Below are positions 7,865-16,510 of a DNA stretch of 64,000 bases, piece by piece. How positions within the stretch are numbered: position 1 is the stretch's first letter; each line of letters opens with the position of its first letter. This DNA comes from Deltaproteobacteria bacterium (GTDB taxonomy: Bacteria; Myxococcota_A; UBA9160; UBA6930), in assembly GCA_019312665.1 (NCBI GenBank), contig JAFDCZ010000001.1:40098-104097 (forward strand), written 5' to 3'. The notes below the pieces were generated by a model. That model ran no database searches. It was not told the origin of the DNA and saw only the letters and a program-made list of their open reading frames with translations. Both the position numbers and the translations under genes were made by a program.

Positions 7865-9571
7865 ATGATGGAAGCCAGATCGACGAGCTTTGATCACACC
7901 GTCGACGTCCTGGTCGTCGGTTCCGGAGCCGGTGCCATGACGGCGGCCCTGCGCGCCCACGACCAGGGTGCCAACGCGCTCCTGATCGAGAAGACCGACC
8001 GTTACGGTGGCTCTTCCGCGATGTCGTCCTGCCTGCTGTGGATCCCGAACAACCACCTGATGGCCGACGTCGGTGTGCCGGACACCCCGGAGGAAGCGTG
8101 GAGCTACCTGAAGGGCACCACCGCCGGCGCCGTCTCCGACGATCGGCTCGACGCCTATCTGGGGAAGGGCCCCGAAGCGCTCAAGTACCTCGTCGACAGA
8201 ACGCGCGCGAAGTTCATCTCCCTGCCCGAGTACTGCGACTACTATCCGCGGGTTCCTGGCAGCAAGCCGGGCGGGCGCTCGGTCGAGCCGGAGCACTTCG
8301 ACGCCCGACAGCTGGGCGAAGATTTCATCGCCATGCGCAACCAGAACCCGCAGATGCAGATCCTGGGACGTCTCGGGATGACGGCCGTCGAGGCCCGCAT
8401 GACCATGACCGGGCAGCCGGGTGGGAGGATGCTCTTCGCGAAGCTCGTCCTCAAGTATCTGATGGACATCCGCTGGCGCCTCCGGTCTCCCCGCGACCGG
8501 AATCCGTCGGGTGGCAACGCGCTGATCGGGATGCTTCGCCTCTCCCTGATGGATCGGGACATCCCCCTCTGGCTGGAGACTCCGGCACGCGAGCTGATCG
8601 TCGAAGATGGACGCGTAACGGGCGTCGTGGTGGAGAAGGACGGCCAGCAGACCCGCATCGGAGCAACGCGAGGCGTGATTCTCGGTGCGGGCGGCTTCGA
8701 GGGCAACCAGGCCATGCGCGAGAAATATCTGCCCAATCCCACGCGCAAGGAGTGGAGCTGCGGCAACCCGCATAACACCGGGGACGCGATCGAGATGGGC
8801 AGGAAGATTGGCGCCGGAATCGACCTCATGGACGACGCCTGGTGGGGGCCGACCACCATCGTCCCCGGTGAGGATCTGGCGCGTTTTTTCGTGATCGAGA
8901 AGTCCCTGCCCGGTAGCATCCTGGTGAACAAGAGGGGCCACCGGTTCACGAATGAAGCGGCCCCCTACCTCGACATCGTGAATGTCATGTACCAGGAAGA
9001 CAGCCCTGAATCTCCCTGCGTGCCGGCCTATTTCGTTTTCGACGCCACCTATCGAAAGAATTACATCTGCGGCCCGCTCTTGCAGGGCTCCGCGCATCCC
9101 GACTGGATGGCACGCAAGCTCTTCAAACAGGGCTATCTCAAGAAGGCGAAGACGCTCGATGATCTCGCTGCGCAGATCGGTGTGAATACCGAGGGGCTGA
9201 AGGAGTCCGTTGCGAGGAACAACGAGTACGCTCGCACGGGCAAGGATCCCGAGTTCGGTCGCGGAGACACGATCTACGACCGCTACTACGGTGATGCCAA
9301 GATCGAGCCGAACCCGTGCATCGGTCCGATCGAAACCGCCCCCTACTACGCGATCGAGGCCTTCCCCGGCGAGCTCGGAACAAAGGGAGGGCTCACGGTC
9401 GACGCCCGGGCACGCGTGCTCACCGAGGAGGGAGACGTGATCCCGGGGCTCTACGCGATTGGCAACTGCTCGTCATCGGTGATGGGACGCAGTTATCCCG
9501 GAGCAGGTGCCACGATCGGGCCGGCGACCATCTTCGGCTACATCGCCGCATCCGACGCGGCGGGCAGTTGA
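7865..9571 (+). CDS. FAD-dependent flavoprotein dehydrogenase, 3-oxosteroid 1-dehydrogenase (KstD)-like, FAD_binding_2 family
   Basis: Trimmed to ATG 7865 (MMEARSTSFDHTVDVLVVGSGAGAMTAAL Rossmann dinucleotide motif). C-terminal region GELGTKGGLTVDARARVLTEEGDVIPGLYAIGNCS is typical of KstD/fumarate-reductase-type flavoproteins. Confidence 0.85.
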   Translation: MMEARSTSFDHTVDVLVVGSGAGAMTAALRAHDQGANALLIEKTDRYGGSSAMSSCLLWIPNNHLMADVGVPDTPEEAWSYLKGTTAGAVSDDRLDAYLGKGPEALKYLVDRTRAKFISLPEYCDYYPRVPGSKPGGRSVEPEHFDARQLGEDFIAMRNQNPQMQILGRLGMTAVEARMTMTGQPGGRMLFAKLVLKYLMDIRWRLRSPRDRNPSGGNALIGMLRLSLMDRDIPLWLETPARELIVEDGRVTGVVVEKDGQQTRIGATRGVILGAGGFEGNQAMREKYLPNPTRKEWSCGNPHNTGDAIEMGRKIGAGIDLMDDAWWGPTTIVPGEDLARFFVIEKSLPGSILVNKRGHRFTNEAAPYLDIVNVMYQEDSPESPCVPAYFVFDATYRKNYICGPLLQGSAHPDWMARKLFKQGYLKKAKTLDDLAAQIGVNTEGLKESVARNNEYARTGKDPEFGRGDTIYDRYYGDAKIEPNPCIGPIETAPYYAIEAFPGELGTKGGLTVDARARVLTEEGDVIPGLYAIGNCSSSVMGRSYPGAGATIGPATIFGYIAASDAAGS

Positions 9572-9573
9572 GC

Positions 9574-10677
9574 ATGGGCTTTCGAGTCCAGACCGTGATC
9601 CTGGGCCCCGACACCGACCAGTACGCCGGCGATGGCCAGGGGACGACCGACATCCGAGCTATTGCCGCGGCGGCTCGCCGATGCGAGGAGCTGGGTTTCG
9701 ACGGTTTGACTGCGCCTGAGGCCGGCCACGACCCCTTCCTTCCCCTGGTCGTCGCGGCAGAGCACACTCAGAGCATCAAGCTGGGCACCAACGTCGCCAT
9801 CGCCTTTCCGCGCAGCCCCATGGTGACGGCACAGCTTGCCTGGGATCTGCAAAACCTCTCCGGCGGTCGTTTTCAGTTGGGATTGGGCACACAGGTGAAG
9901 GGCCACGTCGAGCGGCGCTACGCATCGAATTGGACCAGCGCCCCCGGCCCGCGCTTGCGCGACTACCTGCTCTGCGTGAAGGCGATGTTCGAGACCTTCC
10001 AAACCGGGGCCAGACCCGATTTCGAAGGCGAGCACTACCGCTTCACGCTGATGAATCCCTTCTTCAACCCGGGCCCCATCGAGCACCCGGACATCCCGAT
10101 CCACCTGGCCGCCGTCAATCCCTGCATGGCGCGCCTTGCGGGCGAATTGGGCGATGGTTTGCGTCTCCACCCCATCGCCACCTTCCGCTACACGCGGGAG
10201 GTGATCCTGCCCGCAATAGCGGAGGGCGCCAGGAAAGCCGCGCGCCAGACGTCGGAGATCGACCTGATCGGAGCACCCTTCCTGGCGATCGCCAACGACG
10301 AGGCTGGCGTTCAAACGGCCAAGCAAGCACTGAAGCAGCACATCGCCTTCTATGCCTCCACGCCGACCTACCACGCCGTGCTCGAATTCCACGGCTGGGA
10401 GGGCGTCGGCCAGGAGCTCCACCGCCTGTCCCGCGCGGGCGGGTGGAAGGAAATGCCGAACCAAATCACTGACGAAATGCTCGGCGAGTGGGCCATCGTC
10501 GGCACCCGCGACGAACTGGTCACCCGGGTTCGAGAGCGCTGCTCCGACATCTTCTCGACCGTCCTGCTGGATCTCCCGCCCGAGCTGCGGCGGGATGAAG
10601 CCTGGTTGAGCGAAACCATCACGGCGCTGCATCGTGAAGCCGGCAAGACATCCCAACAGACGAGGCGAACAGCATGA
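9574..10677 (+). CDS. Luciferase-like monooxygenase (LLM) class oxidoreductase, probable F420-dependent subgroup
   Basis: Trimmed to ATG 9574 (MGFRVQTVILG). GFDGLTAPEAGHDPFLPLVVAAEHTQSIKLGTNVAIAFPRSPMVTAQLAWDLQNLSGGRFQLGLGTQVKGHVERRY matches my recollection of the MSMEG_2256-type F420 LLM family. Its stop overlaps the next ATG as ATGA (10674-10677). Confidence 0.8.
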   Translation: MGFRVQTVILGPDTDQYAGDGQGTTDIRAIAAAARRCEELGFDGLTAPEAGHDPFLPLVVAAEHTQSIKLGTNVAIAFPRSPMVTAQLAWDLQNLSGGRFQLGLGTQVKGHVERRYASNWTSAPGPRLRDYLLCVKAMFETFQTGARPDFEGEHYRFTLMNPFFNPGPIEHPDIPIHLAAVNPCMARLAGELGDGLRLHPIATFRYTREVILPAIAEGARKAARQTSEIDLIGAPFLAIANDEAGVQTAKQALKQHIAFYASTPTYHAVLEFHGWEGVGQELHRLSRAGGWKEMPNQITDEMLGEWAIVGTRDELVTRVRERCSDIFSTVLLDLPPELRRDEAWLSETITALHREAGKTSQQTRRTA

Positions 10678-11498
10678 CATCTGAGGATCACCTCCTCTTC
10701 GAGGTCGACGACGGAGTTGGCATCGTGACCTTGAACCGCCCGGAGCGCCTGAACGCGATCAGCTGGGAGCTGGGCAGGGATCTCGTCGAACTCTTCCGCA
10801 AGGTCCGACATCGCGACGAGGTGCGGGTCCTGGTGCTGACCGGCGCCGGCAGGGCGTTCTCGTCTGGCGGCGATGCCGAATGGATCAGCGGGGGATCGGA
10901 GGACCGCGGCCTGCCCGGACTCTCGGATCTTCCGCTGGAGCGCTATCAGCGCAAGACACCCGCCGGCCCGCTCGGAGAGTTCACCCGCATGATCGTCGAG
11001 GTGGACAAGCCGGTGATCGCGGCTCTCTCTGGCCCGGTCATGGGCGCCGGCCTCGCCTTCGCTCTCGCCTGCGACCGCCGCATCGCCGACACCACGACGC
11101 GTTGGTGCGCCGCCATGGTGCGACTCGGTTTCGCCCCGGACTGCGGCATCACCTACTTCCTCCCGCGGGTCACCCGGCTGTCGACGGCGCTCATGATGGT
11201 CGAGACCGGCCGGACCCTGAAGGCCGAAGAGGCACACCGCGAAGGTCTCATCGACGAGCTCGTCGAGGAGGGACAGGCCCTCCCGAAGGCGCTGGAATAC
11301 GCGAAGGTGCTCGCCGACGGGCCGAGCGTCGCCATCGACCTCGCACGCCGCTTCATCCACAAATCCCTCACCTCGACACTGGACGAGATGATCGACTACG
11401 AGGCCGTGGCCGCGACCATGTCTGCACATACGGCCGACGCGCGGGAGGGCACGAGCGCTTTCCTGGAAAAACGCAAAGCGAAATTCAAGGGCTACTAG
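10674..11498 (+). CDS. Enoyl-CoA hydratase/isomerase (crotonase) family protein
   Basis: 274 aa. GIVTLNRPERLNAISWELGRDLVELFRKVRHRDEVRVLVLTGAGRAFSSGGD and C-terminal EGTSAFLEKRKAKFKG. Confidence 0.9.
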   Translation: MTSEDHLLFEVDDGVGIVTLNRPERLNAISWELGRDLVELFRKVRHRDEVRVLVLTGAGRAFSSGGDAEWISGGSEDRGLPGLSDLPLERYQRKTPAGPLGEFTRMIVEVDKPVIAALSGPVMGAGLAFALACDRRIADTTTRWCAAMVRLGFAPDCGITYFLPRVTRLSTALMMVETGRTLKAEEAHREGLIDELVEEGQALPKALEYAKVLADGPSVAIDLARRFIHKSLTSTLDEMIDYEAVAATMSAHTADAREGTSAFLEKRKAKFKGY

Positions 11499-11613
11499 AA
11501 GCCGGCGGACGAGCCCGGCGCGAATGGAGAGGACGAGAAACTTGGCGTTGCCTGAACGTCACGGGGTGGACCCGTCGCTTGCGGGAGCGCGCGCAGAATG
11601 CGACGGCGGCGGA

Positions 11614-11847
11614 ATGATTCCGGGCACTCACTTTGCCGGCCGGGAGGAGTTCACAGGAAGCCTGACCGGCGAGTACGTCGACCACGGCGATCCACCCTGG
11701 CGTTGGTATCTCCTCGCCGAACTCTCCCACAAACCACCGAACTACCCGGCGGATGCCGTGTGGTGCGAATCCGAAAGCCTGTTTCTGATCGACGCCGAGG
11801 GCAGGTCCTTGACGGACACCCTCCCCAGTGGACATAGGAAGAAGTGA
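11614..11847 (+). CDS. Hypothetical small protein (weak call)
   Basis: This is the only ORF in the 350-bp gap between the crotonase and etfB. Codon position 3 is moderately G/C-rich from the internal ATG 11614 (MIPGTHFAGREEF...). No recognisable domain. Confidence 0.25.
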   Translation: MIPGTHFAGREEFTGSLTGEYVDHGDPPWRWYLLAELSHKPPNYPADAVWCESESLFLIDAEGRSLTDTLPSGHRKK

Positions 11848-11848
11848 G

Positions 11849-12664
11849 ATGCGAATCGTCGTCTGTGTGAAGGAAGTACTCGACCCCGATGCGGTCAACA
11901 ACTACGCTCTCGCTGGGCGCCTCGAGATCGGTGAGGACGGGAAGTCGTTGACCCAGACCACGATTCCGCGCCTGATGAACGGCTTCGACGAGCAGGCCCT
12001 GGAGGCCGCGCTCCGGTTGCGCGACGCGGGCGTGGAGTGCCGCATCGGCGCGGTCTCGGTGGGCCCTGATACCGCAACCATCCTCAAGCACGCCGCGGCC
12101 CTGGGAGCAGACGAGATCGCCGCCCTCCCGATGGACGACCCCACACCCGACTACCATGTCGCCGCCGCATTGTTGGCCGCCTACATCCGCTCGAGCGGAG
12201 ATGCCGATCTCGTCCTGTGCGGAAGACAAGCGTCGGACGACGATCAGGGCGTGGTCCCCGCCCTGATCTGCGAAGCCCTCGGGATGCCGCTCGTGACCAA
12301 CGCGCGTGCAATCGAGCTCGCGCCGGCAGCCGACGAACCCACACTTCGGATCACCCGGGTCACGCCGGATGGTGACGAAGTGGTCGAGGTGTCCTGCCCG
12401 GCCGTCGTCACCGTGAGCAACGAGCTGGGAGAGCCGCGCTACCCCACGGCGGCCAAGAAGATCGCGGCGCGGCGGATGAAGCCCGAGATCATCACGCCGG
12501 AGGGGCTCTCCCTGCCTGCCGAGACACTCCGCCCCCGGGTCGTGGCCCAACGGCAGTTCGTCCCCACCGTCGCGGGCGACTGCGAGTTCGTACCCGGCGA
12601 GAGCCCGGCCGAACTGGCCGAGGCATTGGTCGCGCGCCTGCGACAAGACAGCTTGATCCAATGA
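11849..12664 (+). CDS. etfB: Electron transfer flavoprotein beta subunit
   Basis: Trimmed to ATG 11849 behind AGGAAGAAG. MRIVVCVKEVLDPDAV, LVLCGRQASDDDQGVVPALICEALGMPLVTNA and VSNELGEPRYPTAAKKIAARR. Confidence 0.9.
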   Translation: MRIVVCVKEVLDPDAVNNYALAGRLEIGEDGKSLTQTTIPRLMNGFDEQALEAALRLRDAGVECRIGAVSVGPDTATILKHAAALGADEIAALPMDDPTPDYHVAAALLAAYIRSSGDADLVLCGRQASDDDQGVVPALICEALGMPLVTNARAIELAPAADEPTLRITRVTPDGDEVVEVSCPAVVTVSNELGEPRYPTAAKKIAARRMKPEIITPEGLSLPAETLRPRVVAQRQFVPTVAGDCEFVPGESPAELAEALVARLRQDSLIQ

Positions 12665-12714
12665 GGCCAGGGCTCGAAGCGAGACGCCGGCAACGCAACG
12701 AAGAGGAGAGCGTC

Positions 12715-13698
12715 ATGGATGCAAAACCGATTGTGGTTTGCACGTGGAACGAGAGCCAGGGAGGGCTCACGGTGGGTGCGGAAGAAGCACTCACCCTCGG
12801 CCGAGGGGTGGCAGGCGCTACAGGTGCGAAGCTCCGTTTGCTGGTGCTCGGACCGCTTCCCGAGGCGGCCATGGAAACGGCCGGACGCTTCGGCGCGGAC
12901 GCTGTGGACTGGATCGAAGACGCCGCGCTCGAAGCGTTCTCACCAGACGCCTACGTAGAGGCCCTCGCCGGCTACTGCCAGCAAGAGTCGCCGGCGCTCG
13001 TGCTCTTCAACCAGGCCGCAGACACCCGCCTCGTGGCCCCGCGCCTGGCCGGGCGCGTGGGCGCCGGTGTCGTGATGAACGGTGTCGACGTTTCGGTCGG
13101 CGAAGGCGGAGGCCTCCAGGCCACTGCCTCGGCCTACGGTGGCGATACGCAGATGGTCTACGAGCTATCCGGGGCGCCTTCGTACGTGGTGGCGCTCAGC
13201 GCCAACGCGCTGCTCCCCGAACCTGCGGAGGGCGGCCCGACCGAGCCGGAATGCCGAGTGATCTCGAGCGATCTCAGCGGCGTGCAGGAGCGCGTTCGCG
13301 TAATCGAGCAGGCCCGAGCGGAAGGCCCGCGCCTGGAAGACGCCGATATCATCGTGTCGGGCGGGCGCGGCCTGGGCGGGCCCGAGAATTACAAGCTGAT
13401 CGAGCAGCTCGCCGAGGCTCTCGGCGGGTTGGCGGGTGCATCCCGGCCCATCGTCGACGAGGGCTGGGTGGACTCTTCCCAGCAGGTGGGCCTGACCGGC
13501 AAGATCACCCGACCGGCCCTGTATCTGGCCGCGGGGATCTCGGGCGCAAGCCAGCATATGGCCGGGTGCTCCGCCGCCAAGACGATCGTCGCGATCAACA
13601 GTGATCCGGACGCCGCGATCTTTCGCTACGCCCGCTACGGCCTGGTAGGCGATTGCCTGGAAATCCTCCCCGAGCTGATCCGGGCGGCGAGACAATGA
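12715..13698 (+). CDS. etfA: Electron transfer flavoprotein alpha subunit
   Basis: Trimmed to ATG 12715 behind GAAGAGGAGAG. C-terminal FAD-binding region IIVSGGRGLGGPENYKLIEQLAEALGGLAGASRPIVDEGWVDSSQQVGLTGKITRPALYLAAGISGASQHMAG. Confidence 0.9.
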   Translation: MDAKPIVVCTWNESQGGLTVGAEEALTLGRGVAGATGAKLRLLVLGPLPEAAMETAGRFGADAVDWIEDAALEAFSPDAYVEALAGYCQQESPALVLFNQAADTRLVAPRLAGRVGAGVVMNGVDVSVGEGGGLQATASAYGGDTQMVYELSGAPSYVVALSANALLPEPAEGGPTEPECRVISSDLSGVQERVRVIEQARAEGPRLEDADIIVSGGRGLGGPENYKLIEQLAEALGGLAGASRPIVDEGWVDSSQQVGLTGKITRPALYLAAGISGASQHMAGCSAAKTIVAINSDPDAAIFRYARYGLVGDCLEILPELIRAARQ

Positions 13699-13717
13699 AG
13701 GGCGACGAGGTGAAGCG

Positions 13718-14158
13718 ATGACGACCCACGAGCGGATTCCCGTGATGGAAGGGTTGTTCGCCGAGACGGCGGAGGGGCCGCGCCTGCTGGGCTCGCGCTG
13801 CCAGACCTGCAGCACACCCTACTTCCCTCGATCCGCCGTCTGTCACAACCCGGATTGCGGGGAGAGCCGGATGGAGAACGCCGACTTCGGCCCGCGGGGC
13901 CGGCTGTGGAGCTGTGCGATCCAGAACTACCCGCCGCCGCTGCCCGCCCGGTACGAGGAGCCCTACATCCCCTACGCCGTCGGCGTCGTCGATCTCGACG
14001 AAGGCTTGCGGGTCGTCGCGCGCATGAGCGTCGATGATCCGGATTCCCTGGAGCTGGACGCCGAGGTGGAGCTCACGATCGAGCCCATCTACCGGGACGA
14101 CGAGGGCCGCGACGTCACGACCTGGAAGTTCAAGCCACTCCAGCCAGGCCGCAGTTGA
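13718..14158 (+). CDS. DUF35 family Zn-ribbon/OB-fold protein (thiolase/aldolase partner, BbsA/ChsH2-DUF35-like)
   Basis: 146 aa. Zn-ribbon CQTCSTPYFPRSAVCHNPDC followed by OB-fold-like YAVGVVDLDEGLRVVARM. Lies immediately upstream of a thiolase-like gene. Confidence 0.85.
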   Translation: MTTHERIPVMEGLFAETAEGPRLLGSRCQTCSTPYFPRSAVCHNPDCGESRMENADFGPRGRLWSCAIQNYPPPLPARYEEPYIPYAVGVVDLDEGLRVVARMSVDDPDSLELDAEVELTIEPIYRDDEGRDVTTWKFKPLQPGRS

Positions 14159-14186
14159 CGCCGCAGGGTCGGAGAGAGGATCCACC

Positions 14187-15368
14187 ATGAGAGACGTAGC
14201 CGTGCTGGGCGCGGGGATGCATCCCTGGGGCAAGTTCGCGGACCGGTCCGTCACCGCGATGTGCCGTGTCGCGACCGAAGCCGCGCTCGCCGATGCCGGC
14301 GTGGCGTGGCGCGACGTGGAGGCCGTTGCGGCGGCGAGTTCCCGCTTCTCGGGCGGCAAGGGATGGGGCCTCAACGGCAACGACGTCGTCGAGGAGATGG
14401 GATCCACCGGCATACCCGTCTACAACCTCTCGGCGGGATGCGCGGCTGGTGGTAATGCCTTCAATATCGGTTGGCTCCTGGTCGCCAGTGGCGCGCACGA
14501 TTGCGTCCTGGTCGTCGGCGGTGAGAAGATGCCCAAGGGCTTCATCCAAACCTCCGGGCTGGAGGAGGACACCGATCCCGAGCACTTGCGACAGCTCTGC
14601 GTGGGTATGCCCGGTCCCACCTTCTGGGCCGCCCTGTGCCGACGACGCATGAAGGATTTCGGTACCAGCGAGGAAGATCTTGCCCGGATCGCGGTCAAGG
14701 CCCACCGGATCGGCAAGCACAATACGAACGCCCGCTTTCGGCAGGAATTCACTATGGAGGACGTCCTCGGCTCCGCCATGGTGAGCTATCCGCTGCACCT
14801 CTACGAGATCTGCCCGGTGAGCGACGGTGCGGCGGCCGTGGTGATCTGTTCTGCGGACGTAGCCCGGAAGCGAACCACGCGACCCGTGTGGGCCGCATCG
14901 AGCAGCGTCGCTACGGCGCGCTTCGACGACGGCCTCCCGCGCGGGCTCGGCACCGTGGTGCCGCAGGCGGGACCGACCTGCCACAGTGAAGCCAGCTTGG
15001 CCGTGGGCAAGGCGCTGGAATCCGCAGCGGTGGCCCCCACGGAACTCGACCTTGTGGAACTGCAAGACAACACCGTCTTCTACGAACTCGCCTTCCCAGA
15101 AGACTGGGGCCTGTGTCAGCCCGGTGAGGCCGAGCGCCTCGTGGAGAAGGGAGAAACCCTCCCAACGGGCAAACTGCCGATCAACCCCAGCGGCGGCTTC
15201 CTCTGTTTTGGAGAAGCGACCACCGCGATGGGCGTGTTCCAGATCTGCGAGCTGACCTGGCAGCTGCGAGAACAGGCAGGGGCCAGACAGGTCCCGGGGG
15301 CGAAGATCGCCCTCGCACAGACCCTCGGCCTGGGTGGCAACGCCACCGCTGCGGTTCTCAAGAACTAA
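14187..15368 (+). CDS. Thiolase-superfamily protein, SCP-x/lipid-transfer type, non-canonical C-terminal catalytic residues
   Basis: Trimmed to ATG 14187 (MRDVAVLGAGMHPWGKF). The nucleophile-elbow Cys is kept (NLSAGCAAGGNAF). The usual GHP and HNxGG His positions read FGEATT and AQTLGLGG. Confidence 0.85.
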   Translation: MRDVAVLGAGMHPWGKFADRSVTAMCRVATEAALADAGVAWRDVEAVAAASSRFSGGKGWGLNGNDVVEEMGSTGIPVYNLSAGCAAGGNAFNIGWLLVASGAHDCVLVVGGEKMPKGFIQTSGLEEDTDPEHLRQLCVGMPGPTFWAALCRRRMKDFGTSEEDLARIAVKAHRIGKHNTNARFRQEFTMEDVLGSAMVSYPLHLYEICPVSDGAAAVVICSADVARKRTTRPVWAASSSVATARFDDGLPRGLGTVVPQAGPTCHSEASLAVGKALESAAVAPTELDLVELQDNTVFYELAFPEDWGLCQPGEAERLVEKGETLPTGKLPINPSGGFLCFGEATTAMGVFQICELTWQLREQAGARQVPGAKIALAQTLGLGGNATAAVLKN

Positions 15369-15393
15369 CGAAGTGAATGAGGAGAAGCCCCCA

Positions 15394-16494
15394 ATGGCCA
15401 AGGATCCGCTGCGAACGAAGCTATGCGACATGCTGGAGATCGAGTACCCGATCATCTCATTCACCCATTGCAAGGATGTGGCGGTATCCGTCATCAACTC
15501 CGGCGCCTTTGCGGTGCTGGGGGAGGCCATGCACACGCCGGACGAGATCGCGGCCGACATCAAGTGGATCCGTGACCGGGTGGACGGCAAGCCCTTCGGA
15601 GTCGACCTGGTGCTGCCCGCGTCGGTTCCGCTCTCGGGCACCCTGGAGGATCTGGAGAAGAAAATCCCGGACACACATCGGGCGTTCGCTCAGCAGATCA
15701 AGGAGAAGTACGACGTCCCCGATCCCAAGGGGCCCATCGCACTCCATCAGTGGGGCGGCCTGAATCAAGAAATGGCGCGCGGCCAGCTCGAAGTGTTGCT
15801 CGAAGAACGCGTACCCGTCATCTGCTCGGGCCTGGGTAGCCCGGCCTTCATCCTCGACGCCGCCCGCGAGCGTGGCATCAAGATCTTCGGCCTGATCGGC
15901 AAGACCCGGCAGGCCAAGCGGCAGATCGAAGCCGGCGTGGACGCGGTCATCGCGCAGGGTTACGACGCAGCGGGCCACACCGGCGCGATGGGGACCTTCT
16001 CGATCGTCCCGGAGGTCGTCTCCATTGCCGGCGACATTCCCGTCATCGCCGCCGGGGGCATCACCACAGGCCGTCACCTCGCGGCCGCCCTATGCCTGGG
16101 TGCCGCCGGAGTGTGGACAGGAACCCTGTGGCTTGCCTCGCGGGAGTCCGATGTGGACATGATCGTCAAGGAGAAGCTCCTTGCCGCGACGGCCGACGAC
16201 ACCTCCTACTCCCGCTGCATCTCGGGCATGACCATGCGCACGCTGAAATGCCCCTGGACCGAAGAGTGGTCCAAGCCCGAGGCTCCGCCCGTGTTGCCGG
16301 CGCCCTATCAGATGCTTCTCAGCTCCGAGTACATCCAGGGCGCCAACGACAACCGCCGGGAGGATCTGATGACCGAGGCCGCCGGCCAGGGCGTGGGCTT
16401 CGTCACTTCGATGAAGCCCGCCCGCCAGATCGTCTTCGACCTGGTCGAGGAAGCCCTCACCGCCATCGAGGACGTCACCGGCGAGCTTCCGTGA
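15394..16494 (+). CDS. FMN-dependent nitronate monooxygenase / enoyl-reductase (NMO, FabK-like) family protein
   Basis: Trimmed to ATG 15394 behind GAGGAGAAG. VDAVIAQGYDAAGHTGAMGTFSIVPEVVSIAGDIPVIAAGGITTGRHLAAALCLGAAGVWTGT. Confidence 0.85.
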   Translation: MAKDPLRTKLCDMLEIEYPIISFTHCKDVAVSVINSGAFAVLGEAMHTPDEIAADIKWIRDRVDGKPFGVDLVLPASVPLSGTLEDLEKKIPDTHRAFAQQIKEKYDVPDPKGPIALHQWGGLNQEMARGQLEVLLEERVPVICSGLGSPAFILDAARERGIKIFGLIGKTRQAKRQIEAGVDAVIAQGYDAAGHTGAMGTFSIVPEVVSIAGDIPVIAAGGITTGRHLAAALCLGAAGVWTGTLWLASRESDVDMIVKEKLLAATADDTSYSRCISGMTMRTLKCPWTEEWSKPEAPPVLPAPYQMLLSSEYIQGANDNRREDLMTEAAGQGVGFVTSMKPARQIVFDLVEEALTAIEDVTGELP

Positions 16495-16510
16495 TCCGGG
16501 GAGAGGCAGG